Positions 18,426-27,540 of a stretch of DNA of 44,034 nucleotides are shown in pieces. The DNA is from Candidatus Hodarchaeota archaeon (GTDB lineage: Archaea > Asgardarchaeota > Lokiarchaeia > Sigyniarchaeales > SOKP01). Under the pieces are notes generated by a model that saw only the letters and a list, made by a program, of their open reading frames with translations, made no database searches and was not told the origin of the DNA. The stretch is from contig JBHLJY010000020.1 of assembly GCA_048887225.1 (NCBI GenBank), positions 1-44,034 on the forward strand, given 5' to 3'. The position numbers and the translations under genes are program-made. How positions within the stretch are numbered: the first letter of the stretch is position 1; each line of letters begins with the position of its first letter.

Positions 18426-18950
18426 TTAAAATCCTTTTAATAATTCATTAATTTTATCAATTGCCTCTTGAGGCGTTTTAACTCCATGAATTACATCACT
18501 TCTTCTATCATCAATTCTTTGATTTGCAATTTTCGAAGACCACCCTTCAACGCTTGATAAAGCAATAATTGGTTTTTCGTAAATCCAAGCAAAACAAATC
18601 TCTGACAACGTTCCAGCTTTACCCGCAATTGCCACGCACGCATCGCCACTAAGTACAACGACAACATTCCTAGCTTGTGAGAATGGAACTGGAATTACTA
18701 TATCTACATACTTATTTGCTGCTGTTTTATCTTCATGTGGAATGATTCCGATTGTCAAACCATTCTCTTCTTTAGCCCCTTTACACACAGCTTCCATAAC
18801 TCCAGAGAGTCCACCACAGGAAATAACATAGTCATTTTTCGCAAGTAATCTTCCAAGTTCAACAGTTAACTTTTCAGTTTCTTTATCTATTTCACTCGCA
18901 CCAATAACAGAGATAATACCTTTATATTCTTTTTTAAAATCAAATTTCAC
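18426..18950 (-). CDS. LOG/TIGR00725-family Rossmann-fold protein
   Basis: ISVIGA, CGGLSGVMEAVCKGA, ARNVVVV, GKAGTLSEI. Confidence 0.9.
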   Translation of the reverse strand: MKFDFKKEYKGIISVIGASEIDKETEKLTVELGRLLAKNDYVISCGGLSGVMEAVCKGAKEENGLTIGIIPHEDKTAANKYVDIVIPVPFSQARNVVVVLSGDACVAIAGKAGTLSEICFAWIYEKPIIALSSVEGWSSKIANQRIDDRRSDVIHGVKTPQEAIDKINELLKGF

Positions 18951-19017
18951 TCTCTTGGATCCTCTTGATTTTAAATAACGCTATAATTATTTTTAATAAT
19001 TAAAAATCAATTCGAAA

Positions 19018-20034
19018 TTATTCTCTGTGGCTGGTTTTTTTCACAATATCAATTACATCGTTTAATATTGCAGATGCAGCTTCAAATCCACCAGCACCCC
19101 GTCCTATTAAAACTATAGGTCCCGCATATTTTGTCGTTAATTCAATTACATTTAATGTTCCACTTATATTCAATGGCGAATCTCTTTCGATTAACCGCGG
19201 CTCCACGATTAATTCGTCGTCCTCAACTATAGCTAAATGTTTAATTGATAGTCTATCTGCTTTTGCTAACTCTATTGCTTGCGGTGTTACTTTTGTAATT
19301 CCTTTAATTTTAACATCTTTAACTGTTTTTGTCCATCCAAGCAATTCATTCGCTAATATGACCAATTTTCCAGCAGCATCGAATCCCTCAATGTCGAGAG
19401 TTGGATCAGCTTCTGCGATTCCTAATTCTTGAGCTTCTTTTAAAGCTGTGGAAAAAGGTATCCCTTCAGCAGTCATTCGGCTTAGGATATAATTACACGT
19501 TCCATTTAATATCGCTTTAATACGAATAATTTGATTTCCGATAAGGCATTCCGCCACTGACAGCGCGGGAACGACACTCGCAACTGAAGCTTCATATTTG
19601 ATGAAGCAATTATTTTTTTTCGCTAAATCTTTAATTTTTTTATATTGTAAATAAAATGGTCCCTTATTTGAAGAAACTACACTGATTCCATTGTTTAAAG
19701 CCTTAATAATATGTGATAACGCAGGTTCTCCTGTTTTAGGGTTTGTAGGAGTTGCTTCAACACAGATATTTAAATCCAACTTATTAAATAAATCTGCGGA
19801 AGGAGCAACATCTTTGTTCCAAAATCGAAGCTCTCTAAAGTTTTCTCCTTTACCTAGAAGCTCTTCTAGATTGATTCCTTCTTCATTTATTAATGCACCA
19901 TCATATTCGAAAATAGCAACAATATCTAAGTTAATATTAAATTTATCCTTGAGAATGCTTTTTTTCTCTTTTAATAACTGGAGAAAACTAGTCCCAACAT
20001 GACCTTTTCCAATTAAACCAATATTTACATCCAT
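19018..20034 (-). CDS. hom: Homoserine dehydrogenase
   Basis: GKGHVG, SNKGP, ILNGTCNYIL, AEADPTLDIEGFDAAGK, GRGAG. Confidence 0.95.
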   Translation of the reverse strand: MDVNIGLIGKGHVGTSFLQLLKEKKSILKDKFNINLDIVAIFEYDGALINEEGINLEELLGKGENFRELRFWNKDVAPSADLFNKLDLNICVEATPTNPKTGEPALSHIIKALNNGISVVSSNKGPFYLQYKKIKDLAKKNNCFIKYEASVASVVPALSVAECLIGNQIIRIKAILNGTCNYILSRMTAEGIPFSTALKEAQELGIAEADPTLDIEGFDAAGKLVILANELLGWTKTVKDVKIKGITKVTPQAIELAKADRLSIKHLAIVEDDELIVEPRLIERDSPLNISGTLNVIELTTKYAGPIVLIGRGAGGFEAASAILNDVIDIVKKTSHRE

Positions 20035-20151
20035 TTTATATATAAAATAAATTAGAATATTACATAAAAATTTATAATACTATAAAACTTTAATAGAAAA
20101 TTGAGATTAGAATCTAGATTAAAAGGATTACTATCTATAAATATATAGTTT

Positions 20152-20304
20152 TTATAAGTTTCCGACTGTTGAATCTGGATTAAATCGAAAATATTCGGGA
20201 ATTCTTTTACCGCATTCTGGACAAAATGTTAAGCCCTCATCAATTATTTGATTACATTCAGGACATTTAATTTTTCCATCAGGAATTTTACTCTTTTTCG
20301 GCAT
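20152..20304 (-). CDS. Small zinc-ribbon protein (50 aa)
   Basis: Hand translation MPKKSKIPDGKIKCPECNQIIDEGLTFCPECGKRIPEYFRFNPDSTVGNL; below the ORF track length cutoff. Confidence 0.8.
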   Translation of the reverse strand: MPKKSKIPDGKIKCPECNQIIDEGLTFCPECGKRIPEYFRFNPDSTVGNL

Positions 20305-20335
20305 AATTCTTTTAAAAATATTTCTCTTTAATCTC

Positions 20336-20827
20336 TTAACCTCTGATTAAAGACAAATCTTTTTCTTCACATATTTTATTCAGTTCTTTAATCAATTCTT
20401 TTTCAGTTATAGATTCTGGAATTTCTAATTTCAATTTAACATTACTAATTTCCTCAAGTTCAGTAAATTTTGCTTGTAATTCCAAAGTTTTAACACCTTT
20501 AACGGCTAATCTTTTTATAGTATCCAATACATCTGTATCGAAGACGTGCCCGCTTAATAAGATAATCAAGCTGGTTTGTTTAGCGCCAAGAGTAATATTA
20601 TCAATTGGTATATTCTTTTCACTAAGTTCATTTTGTATATTTTCTAGACTTCTCTCTCTGATTTCTTCACTTAACTCAAAAGTAACTTCCACAGGAATCA
20701 TATTATTTATTTTTTTATCGTGGTAGTGGAGGATAGAATAGATATTACCTCCATTATTTGAAATCGGTTCAATCAACTGGATTAATGTTCCTGGATGGTC
20801 AGGTAATCGTACTTCTAAGCTTATCAT
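20336..20827 (-). CDS. Tandem ACT-domain protein, allosteric regulator of homoserine dehydrogenase (COG2061-like)
   Basis: LPDHPGTLIQLIEPISNNGGNIYSILH...LSGHVFDTDVLDTI; lies just upstream of hom. Confidence 0.88.
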   Translation of the reverse strand: MISLEVRLPDHPGTLIQLIEPISNNGGNIYSILHYHDKKINNMIPVEVTFELSEEIRERSLENIQNELSEKNIPIDNITLGAKQTSLIILLSGHVFDTDVLDTIKRLAVKGVKTLELQAKFTELEEISNVKLKLEIPESITEKELIKELNKICEEKDLSLIRG

Positions 20828-20841
20828 CTCTCATAAACCTA

Positions 20842-21798
20842 TTAAAATTTAATAACATCTATGGTTTCTTTACTATCATTTATTTTTAGATTTTTTTGCT
20901 TAATAATTTTTCCTATTACATTCGCTTCTATTCCGTGATTTTTGAAAATATTAATAATTTCGTTACAATTTTCATTAGGAGCTGTTAAAATAAAAGATGT
21001 GGTTAAATACATTTTGATATACATTTCTAAAGTATAATTAAGCTCAGATAACACGGGAGGAATAATAATTTTATTTACATTTACATTTGCTCCAACATTA
21101 GAATATTTTGTTAATTGAAGCATAGTACCAAAAATTCCTCCATTGGATACATCTTTTGAAGAATTAGCAAGGTGCTTTTCAGCTATGATATTCATAGCTT
21201 TTCTTTTTTCAATTACTTCTTCAGAACTCTTAAAAGTAGTTGTATCGAAATATAATTTACTAGCTTTAGCGATTCTTCCGTCAAAATCAACCGCTAAAAT
21301 TATGTTATCATCAACTTGAGCATTCCCAGCAGAAATATAATCCTCTTTTTTAATCTCTCCGATCATTGTGGAGCTAAGCTCATAGCTTGGACTGCGTGAA
21401 TTAGTATGACCTCTAATTATTGGTACTTGAAACTTTTTAGAAGCTTCACAGATACCTTCTAAGATATTATTGCATGTATTAACATCTCTCACAGATATAA
21501 TTATAGTGGCAGCAATTGGGATGCCTCCACATGCATAAATATCATCAACACTAACTAAAATTGAGCTAAAACCCGCTCCAAAAGGAAAATTCTCGATGAA
21601 GTCGGTTTTTATTCGGTCTGTAGTGATTAGTATATATTTATCATCATTCTTTATTGCTGCTGAATCTTCGCCGATATCGAAACAAATTCTAGCGCTTTTA
21701 AATGTGTTTTTATCTATATATTGAATTATAGGACTAATTTCGATTTTCTCAATAATATTTTTATTATTCCTAATACTTTCTGCGATAAACTTTAACAT
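20842..21798 (-). CDS. AIR synthase/selenophosphate synthetase-related (PurM superfamily, COG2144-like) protein
   Basis: GEDSAAI, VSVDDIYACGGIP, RGHT, SKDVSNGGIFGT. Confidence 0.85.
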   Translation of the reverse strand: MLKFIAESIRNNKNIIEKIEISPIIQYIDKNTFKSARICFDIGEDSAAIKNDDKYILITTDRIKTDFIENFPFGAGFSSILVSVDDIYACGGIPIAATIIISVRDVNTCNNILEGICEASKKFQVPIIRGHTNSRSPSYELSSTMIGEIKKEDYISAGNAQVDDNIILAVDFDGRIAKASKLYFDTTTFKSSEEVIEKRKAMNIIAEKHLANSSKDVSNGGIFGTMLQLTKYSNVGANVNVNKIIIPPVLSELNYTLEMYIKMYLTTSFILTAPNENCNEIINIFKNHGIEANVIGKIIKQKNLKINDSKETIDVIKF

Positions 21799-21898
21799 AT
21801 ATATTTTTAATATAAAAGCTATTATTCATTAATTTACCTAAAAAGTAATATAATATAGTAGAAATTATACAATTAAATTACATTGAGTCAAAGGATTA

Positions 21899-23416
21899 AT
21901 GGAAAAATTACTTGAAACTTCAGTTGTAATAAAGGGGCTCGTATTCAGCGCTCAAGACATCTACGGACCAACCGCAATCTATCAATTCCCAGCCCCCGTA
22001 GATGAGGACGAAGCCAAAGCATTAAAAAAAGAAAATATAATTAAATTAACACATCGGGATTATATCCAAATCTCAATTAAGAATCTAAGCATGATAATTA
22101 GTGATTTAACTTATAAAGATTATAAAACTGATTACCTAAATTTTCCTTACTTCGGTATCATACCTTATCCAGATTTTCGGCTCACTTCTCTTACATTTTA
22201 TCATTTTATTGAAGCAAATTTTTTAGAGAAACCAATTATTTCTGCTTTTTCAATTTTGGTTCATGAAAATCAGAGGTCATTCCTATATAATAATTTAGAT
22301 AGGCTTAAATCTCTAATCATCAGTTTTTTCTATAAATTTGATTCAGAAATCGAGTATGGCTACAAGCAAATTCACGAAATGGAACCTATTTTTTGTGATC
22401 TACTGCAAAGGCTTATTGAAATTGAGAAGAAACCTTATTCGTCAATCACTAGTAAAACTAAAACCAAGCTTCTCCTCTTAGGCACGGAAAATAGTGGTAA
22501 AACCTCCTTCCTATATTCTGTGACTAAAAAATTTTCAAAGCTCATCGGGCTTAGTCCTACTGCGGGAGCAGAAATAAAATCAATAGAAGCGTTAGGTTCA
22601 TCGATCTTTATCTGGGATTTAGGAGGGCAATCAGGACTGAGGGAAAAATATCTTAATAAAGCGGAAATTTATCTTTATGACGCGGATTTACTTTTTTACT
22701 TTATAGATGTTAAAAATAAAAGTGGATTTGAAGAAAGCCTAGAATACCTTCAAAATATATTAATACAATTAAAACGATTTAATCAGAATCCACCAATAGT
22801 TTACATATTTTCAAAAGGAGATCCAGATATTTTAAAATCTAAAGAAATTATAGAAAATATAAATTATCTTCAATCTCGATTGTCAAAAATCGTTCCTGAA
22901 ACTGTTCCAGAAATATTTGTTACGAGTATCTTTTCAATTTTTAGTATACTTCGGGCTTTCTCTTCGGGGATCTCCAAACTTAGCCCTAATAAAGAATTAA
23001 TTAATCTTAATCTGAAAAATTTCTCTACTCGTACAGGAATTTATTTATCGCTTTTATTAAATAATGAGGGATTAGTTCTGGCTGATTATTACAGTCCTGA
23101 AGCATTGATAATAACAGATATTCCGAAAAAAGAAGAATTAAGTAATGATGATAATTTACGCAATATTTTTGAGATAACTGCACCTCAATTTGCTATGTTA
23201 TATAAAATATTTTCAAAATTTAAAGCGTTGCAAAAAGAAGAGGCTATTTTTAAGATTGCTAATTCTGTAATTCTCTTAAAAAAAACACAAATCGCAGATT
23301 TTGATATGTTTATTTTGTTTTTAATGGATGAAGAAGGCAAGAAAGAAAGAATAAATGAATTAATACCTGATTTTTTGTATCGCACTAGTGATTTGCTTTT
23401 AAGATATATATCTTAA
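21899..23416 (+). CDS. Longin/uDENN - Rag-like small GTPase - roadblock-like fusion (paralogue of 9058-10482)
   Basis: GTENSGKTS, PTAG, WDLGGQ, atypical G4 SKGD, TSI. Shares FGI(L/I)P(F/Y)PD, LSPN(R/K)E and FEI(S/T)AP(H/Q)FxxLYKxF with the 474-aa protein. Confidence 0.87.
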   Translation: MEKLLETSVVIKGLVFSAQDIYGPTAIYQFPAPVDEDEAKALKKENIIKLTHRDYIQISIKNLSMIISDLTYKDYKTDYLNFPYFGIIPYPDFRLTSLTFYHFIEANFLEKPIISAFSILVHENQRSFLYNNLDRLKSLIISFFYKFDSEIEYGYKQIHEMEPIFCDLLQRLIEIEKKPYSSITSKTKTKLLLLGTENSGKTSFLYSVTKKFSKLIGLSPTAGAEIKSIEALGSSIFIWDLGGQSGLREKYLNKAEIYLYDADLLFYFIDVKNKSGFEESLEYLQNILIQLKRFNQNPPIVYIFSKGDPDILKSKEIIENINYLQSRLSKIVPETVPEIFVTSIFSIFSILRAFSSGISKLSPNKELINLNLKNFSTRTGIYLSLLLNNEGLVLADYYSPEALIITDIPKKEELSNDDNLRNIFEITAPQFAMLYKIFSKFKALQKEEAIFKIANSVILLKKTQIADFDMFILFLMDEEGKKERINELIPDFLYRTSDLLLRYIS

Positions 23417-23421
23417 AAAGT

Positions 23422-24324
23422 TTAGAAGATTTTCTTAAATGGAGTTTGATCTGATATAGGTTTCCTCAAAACTCGCTTCCTGTAATATGCATTTATTCCC
23501 GAAATTAATGCTATTGAAGGAACGACACATTTAGCATTTTTAACACCCCCAAATAATATAAAATCACTTCCAGCATCAGCACAATAAGTCATAATCGATG
23601 CAATTGCTCCACATCTCGAGGATTCTTCATATTTTTTAACATATTCCCATCCATATATTGCGTTGGCAGGAGCAAAACCAGTTGGTAATCCTAACTCCTC
23701 TTTTATTAAGCGAGTTGTTTCTACGTTTATTGCCACAGACGGTAAGTCTAAAACAGCAGTGTCGACAATTATATTTTTAATGTCAGCTTTTTCAGCACTT
23801 ACCAACAATTTTTCTTGCAATAAATGTAATTTTTGATGAGGAAAGATATATCTAGTTCCAAAAGTTAAAAGGACTGCATTCTTAACTTTTATTTCTTTAA
23901 ATTTTTCCAGACTTTCATTTTTTGTATTATTATCAATACTATTTAATATTGCCCTATTAAGTAATCCAATCTCGCTTAAATCTTCCATAGCAGGTATTCT
24001 TATTAAATCATTTAATCCATCTACTAAAAAAGGACAGTCAGTAATATCAGCAATGAATTGACATTCTTTAACCAATGCATCTTCATTGGCACCGACAACA
24101 TCAATAATGCCTTGCATATTTGTCTCATCAATAATCATTAAAAATTCATTAATTTCTTCTTCAACTAATTTTTTATCAATTTCTCCGGTTTTTTCATTTA
24201 AAAGTGCTTTATGATTCTTATAGAAGACAGAACCAATTAAAACGATGGGATTTTCACCTGGTTGCCCACCAATTTTCACATTTTCTATTTCAACAACTCT
24301 TTGTTTTTTCTTAAACTCTAACAA
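23422..24324 (-). CDS. mtrH: Tetrahydromethanopterin S-methyltransferase subunit H (MtrH) family methyltransferase
   Basis: FKKKQRVVEI..VKIGGQPGENPIVLIGSVFY..H, ILNSI, VDTAV, GLPTGFAPAN, GSDFILFG. Confidence 0.9.
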   Translation of the reverse strand: MLEFKKKQRVVEIENVKIGGQPGENPIVLIGSVFYKNHKALLNEKTGEIDKKLVEEEINEFLMIIDETNMQGIIDVVGANEDALVKECQFIADITDCPFLVDGLNDLIRIPAMEDLSEIGLLNRAILNSIDNNTKNESLEKFKEIKVKNAVLLTFGTRYIFPHQKLHLLQEKLLVSAEKADIKNIIVDTAVLDLPSVAINVETTRLIKEELGLPTGFAPANAIYGWEYVKKYEESSRCGAIASIMTYCADAGSDFILFGGVKNAKCVVPSIALISGINAYYRKRVLRKPISDQTPFKKIF

Positions 24325-24385
24325 TTTGAATCAATCTCTTCTTGATATATTTCAAAAAATTATAATTTTCTATTGGATTTAATCT

Positions 24386-25480
24386 TTAATTCTCTTTATC
24401 TAATCTTCTCTCTTTTTTTGCCTTTATTTTCTTACTTATTAATGTCCCAGCATAAATTATTGAAATAATAAACTCAGGAATCCATCTGTGCATTAACAGC
24501 ACAATAATCGCAGCAATAAATGAGCTAGCTGCGCTTATTGAATAATGGATATCTATCCAAGCATAACCAATCCAAAATAAATATAGTTGTATAACCATAC
24601 GAATAATATTCACAACATAAAATATTATTGATGAAATAATAATAGACTTAGTTTTTCTCCAGATTATATCTTCTTTTGTTTTACGATCTTGACTATGAGG
24701 AGTGCAAATGATGATTCCAGCGAAAACGCAGATAGCTTGAATCCCAGTGCAGAATGTTTCAAAATAGATCTTTCCTCTATCAGGAATATCAAAACTCCAA
24801 TAATATTTTCCTACAGGAGAATAGACCGCTTTAGCATTTACTCCCAAAAAATTTAGAAAGAAAACAGTCTGTTTTACGACTATTTCATGTAGCCAATAAT
24901 TTGCATGGGTATCAAAAAATAAATAAATTAGATATGATAACACAGGAGCACCAACTGCTAATATCACAATCGATCGAACAGAAAAAATAAATTTTTTTCC
25001 TTCAAATTCTATTTCTGGAAGATCCTTTTTTCCCTTTTTATCTTCAATTTTGGCAGTTTCCTCATCTCTACTGTTTTCTACACTGATAGCGTGTTTAATA
25101 TAATAGTGAAACCGATCCACGATAATATAATTGAGAATTATCAATAATGGTAACATAACAAAAGCCATATTATATCTAATCCACATTTTTATTTCCATTA
25201 AAGGTATTGTTGCCCCGATTATAAACGAAAATAATAAATTTAATGCTAGCATTAGCCATATTGAAAATTTCTTTTTTTTGATTTGTTGAATAGACTCTAA
25301 CTTTAGAAGTTTTAATATAAAGTAATTGAGAATTATTAAGGCTAGAATTATGCTAAATCCCATCATAATACCAATTGTTATATCTATTGCGAAAAAAATT
25401 AAACCAATAAAGAAAGCGATCAGCAAATTAATTGATAGAAGTATCCATAATGTGATTTTCCTTTTGTTTATTTGCTCCAT
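24386..25480 (-). CDS. Archaeosortase/exosortase family transpeptidase with N-terminal membrane extension
   Basis: Catalytic triad pattern FCTGIQ (Cys), VNIIR (Arg) and DIHY (His); about four extra N-terminal TM helices. Confidence 0.85.
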   Translation of the reverse strand: MEQINKRKITLWILLSINLLIAFFIGLIFFAIDITIGIMMGFSIILALIILNYFILKLLKLESIQQIKKKKFSIWLMLALNLLFSFIIGATIPLMEIKMWIRYNMAFVMLPLLIILNYIIVDRFHYYIKHAISVENSRDEETAKIEDKKGKKDLPEIEFEGKKFIFSVRSIVILAVGAPVLSYLIYLFFDTHANYWLHEIVVKQTVFFLNFLGVNAKAVYSPVGKYYWSFDIPDRGKIYFETFCTGIQAICVFAGIIICTPHSQDRKTKEDIIWRKTKSIIISSIIFYVVNIIRMVIQLYLFWIGYAWIDIHYSISAASSFIAAIIVLLMHRWIPEFIISIIYAGTLISKKIKAKKERRLDKEN

Positions 25481-25550
25481 ATTAATATTTACTCAAATTT
25501 ATGATGTAAAAGAAAATTCTTAATAACTAAAAAAGGTATTTAGGAGAAAA

Positions 25551-26636
25551 TTATAATTTTATTGCAGATTTCAAATTTCTAAGTAAAAACGCTTTAATTA
25601 AATTTTTGGTATGTATTATGTCTTGATATTCAATTGTAGCTACGTTTGTATGCATATACCGCAATGGTATCGCAACTAATGTGCATGGTATACCGGATTT
25701 CGTCATTTGAATTGCTCTAGCATTCGTGGGAGTAGGACGGGGTTCTGCTTCTAATACATAGGGTATATTTTCTTCCTTAGCAGTTTCAATTAGGATTTTT
25801 GTCAATTTTGGATATAAATTAGGACCGGTTGATATTGATGCTCCAGAACCTAATTTGCATTCATAATATTTGTCTTTGCTTATGCCAGGAAAATCAATTG
25901 CATGGGTTACTTCGACCGTTAATCCGATATCTGGAGTAATTTTATATGCTCCAACAGTTGCCCCTCTCACGCCAATTTCTTCTTGAGAAGCAAACAAAAA
26001 TATTAAATCTTTATCTAAAGTTTCTTTTATTTGGGAAAGTTCTATAATAAGTTTTATTAGAACAAAACAACCGGCTCTATCGTCGAAACTTTTAGAAAAA
26101 ATTCTTTTATTTCCTATAAATGGTGTTGCTTCTTGTTTAAAAATAATATAATCCCCCACGGAGATATATTTTTTCGCCTCTTCAGCACTTGAAAATCCTG
26201 CATCAATAAACAAATCTTCTAATTTACTAGGTTTCTTTTTCTCTTCTTCTTTAAGAAGATGAATAGGTTTTTCTCCAATTACTCCAATGATTTCTTCCCC
26301 AGAACTAGAATGAATCGTAATTTCTTGTCCGGGAAGGATTCTTGGATTTTGACCTCCAATTTGAGAAAATCTTATAAATCCATTCTTATCGATGAATCTG
26401 ACCATTAAACCAATCTCGTCCATATGGGCGTCTAGCATGATTTTTAGTTTATCTTCTTCTGCTTTTGCTTTACCGTTAATAAAGCAAAAAAGATTTCCTA
26501 GAACATCAGTTTCAATCTTGTCGCAATAGGATGCAATTGTTTCTTTTATATATTCCCTGATTCTGCTTTCGTTTCCACTACAACTCTGGATCTCAGTAAG
26601 ATTTTTAATAATTTTAAAATCATTTTCAAAAGTCAT
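25551..26636 (-). CDS. M42 family (TET-like) metallo-aminopeptidase
   Basis: DAHMDEIG, FDDRAG, QEEIGVRGA, IPLRYMHT. Confidence 0.93.
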   Translation of the reverse strand: MTFENDFKIIKNLTEIQSCSGNESRIREYIKETIASYCDKIETDVLGNLFCFINGKAKAEEDKLKIMLDAHMDEIGLMVRFIDKNGFIRFSQIGGQNPRILPGQEITIHSSSGEEIIGVIGEKPIHLLKEEEKKKPSKLEDLFIDAGFSSAEEAKKYISVGDYIIFKQEATPFIGNKRIFSKSFDDRAGCFVLIKLIIELSQIKETLDKDLIFLFASQEEIGVRGATVGAYKITPDIGLTVEVTHAIDFPGISKDKYYECKLGSGASISTGPNLYPKLTKILIETAKEENIPYVLEAEPRPTPTNARAIQMTKSGIPCTLVAIPLRYMHTNVATIEYQDIIHTKNLIKAFLLRNLKSAIKL

Positions 26637-26791
26637 GATTATAGATCATCATAAATTTTTCAATTTATCATTTTTTATCATAATAATTTTTAAGTATTTT
26701 TAAATAATGAAATTACATTAAAATATTGGCGAAGTACGTAAAAAATTATAGTGTAATGATTTTAATGAATAATGCTAATCAAGAAGTATTT

Positions 26792-27220
26792 CTATTCTTC
26801 TTTTTTAGGCTGAGGAGGGGCATTTTTTTCTCTAGCTAATGCTAAAATTTCGGCAATAATTGCTATTTGTGAAGCTCCTTTTACTTTCCCTCCAACCATT
26901 TTTCTGATCCATTTTCCGGTTTTCCAGCCACCAGCACTTAAAAAATCTTCGAGTTTCGCTTCAAAGTAGCCCCACCAATAGAGCTTTTTTCTACTCAAGT
27001 TTTCTTTAGGCGTATTTTTTATTCCTTCAACAGTTATATTGCCGTCTTTAATTGTAACTAACGCAGCCCATTTTCCATCTAAACAATTAAAAAGGACACG
27101 AGTTTTTACACCTTTAATCAAAAATTTGCACTCTCCCGTGTCTTTTACCGAATCTATAGATTTACCTATAGTTCTTGCAAATCCTCTTAGTTTTGGTTTA
27201 ATAGGTTTTTCTTCTGACAT
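26792..27220 (-). CDS. SCP2 sterol-carrier-like domain protein
   Basis: VTIKDGNITV...FEAKLEDFL...KMVGGKVKG pattern. ATG at 27220. Confidence 0.55.
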   Translation of the reverse strand: MSEEKPIKPKLRGFARTIGKSIDSVKDTGECKFLIKGVKTRVLFNCLDGKWAALVTIKDGNITVEGIKNTPKENLSRKKLYWWGYFEAKLEDFLSAGGWKTGKWIRKMVGGKVKGASQIAIIAEILALAREKNAPPQPKKEE

Positions 27221-27540
27221 TTTAATCAATATATGAACTTTTTTATAAAAAATGTATACCTATTTTATTATTTTACTATTAGACATTTTTGTTTTTCTTT
27301 ATAATAAATGGAAATAATCTTTTTTCGATTTTATTCCTTAATAGATAATTATTAATGTTAATATAATTTTTTATGTTATTTATACTCTAATGTCGAAGGT
27401 CGCGTAAGTTATACAATTGAGTATTTATTAATAATCTTTAAATAGATCTTGATTATTATAGTTAATTTAACTAAAGTCAATCTAAATAAAACTGAAATCA
27501 ACAAATTATAAAAATCAAAAATAAACTTAAGGAGATTAAT

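Noticed and set aside
20842-24324. Methanogenesis inferred from MtrH and the COG2144-like gene
   Set aside because: Both families occur in non-methanogens, and there are no mcr or other mtr genes here.
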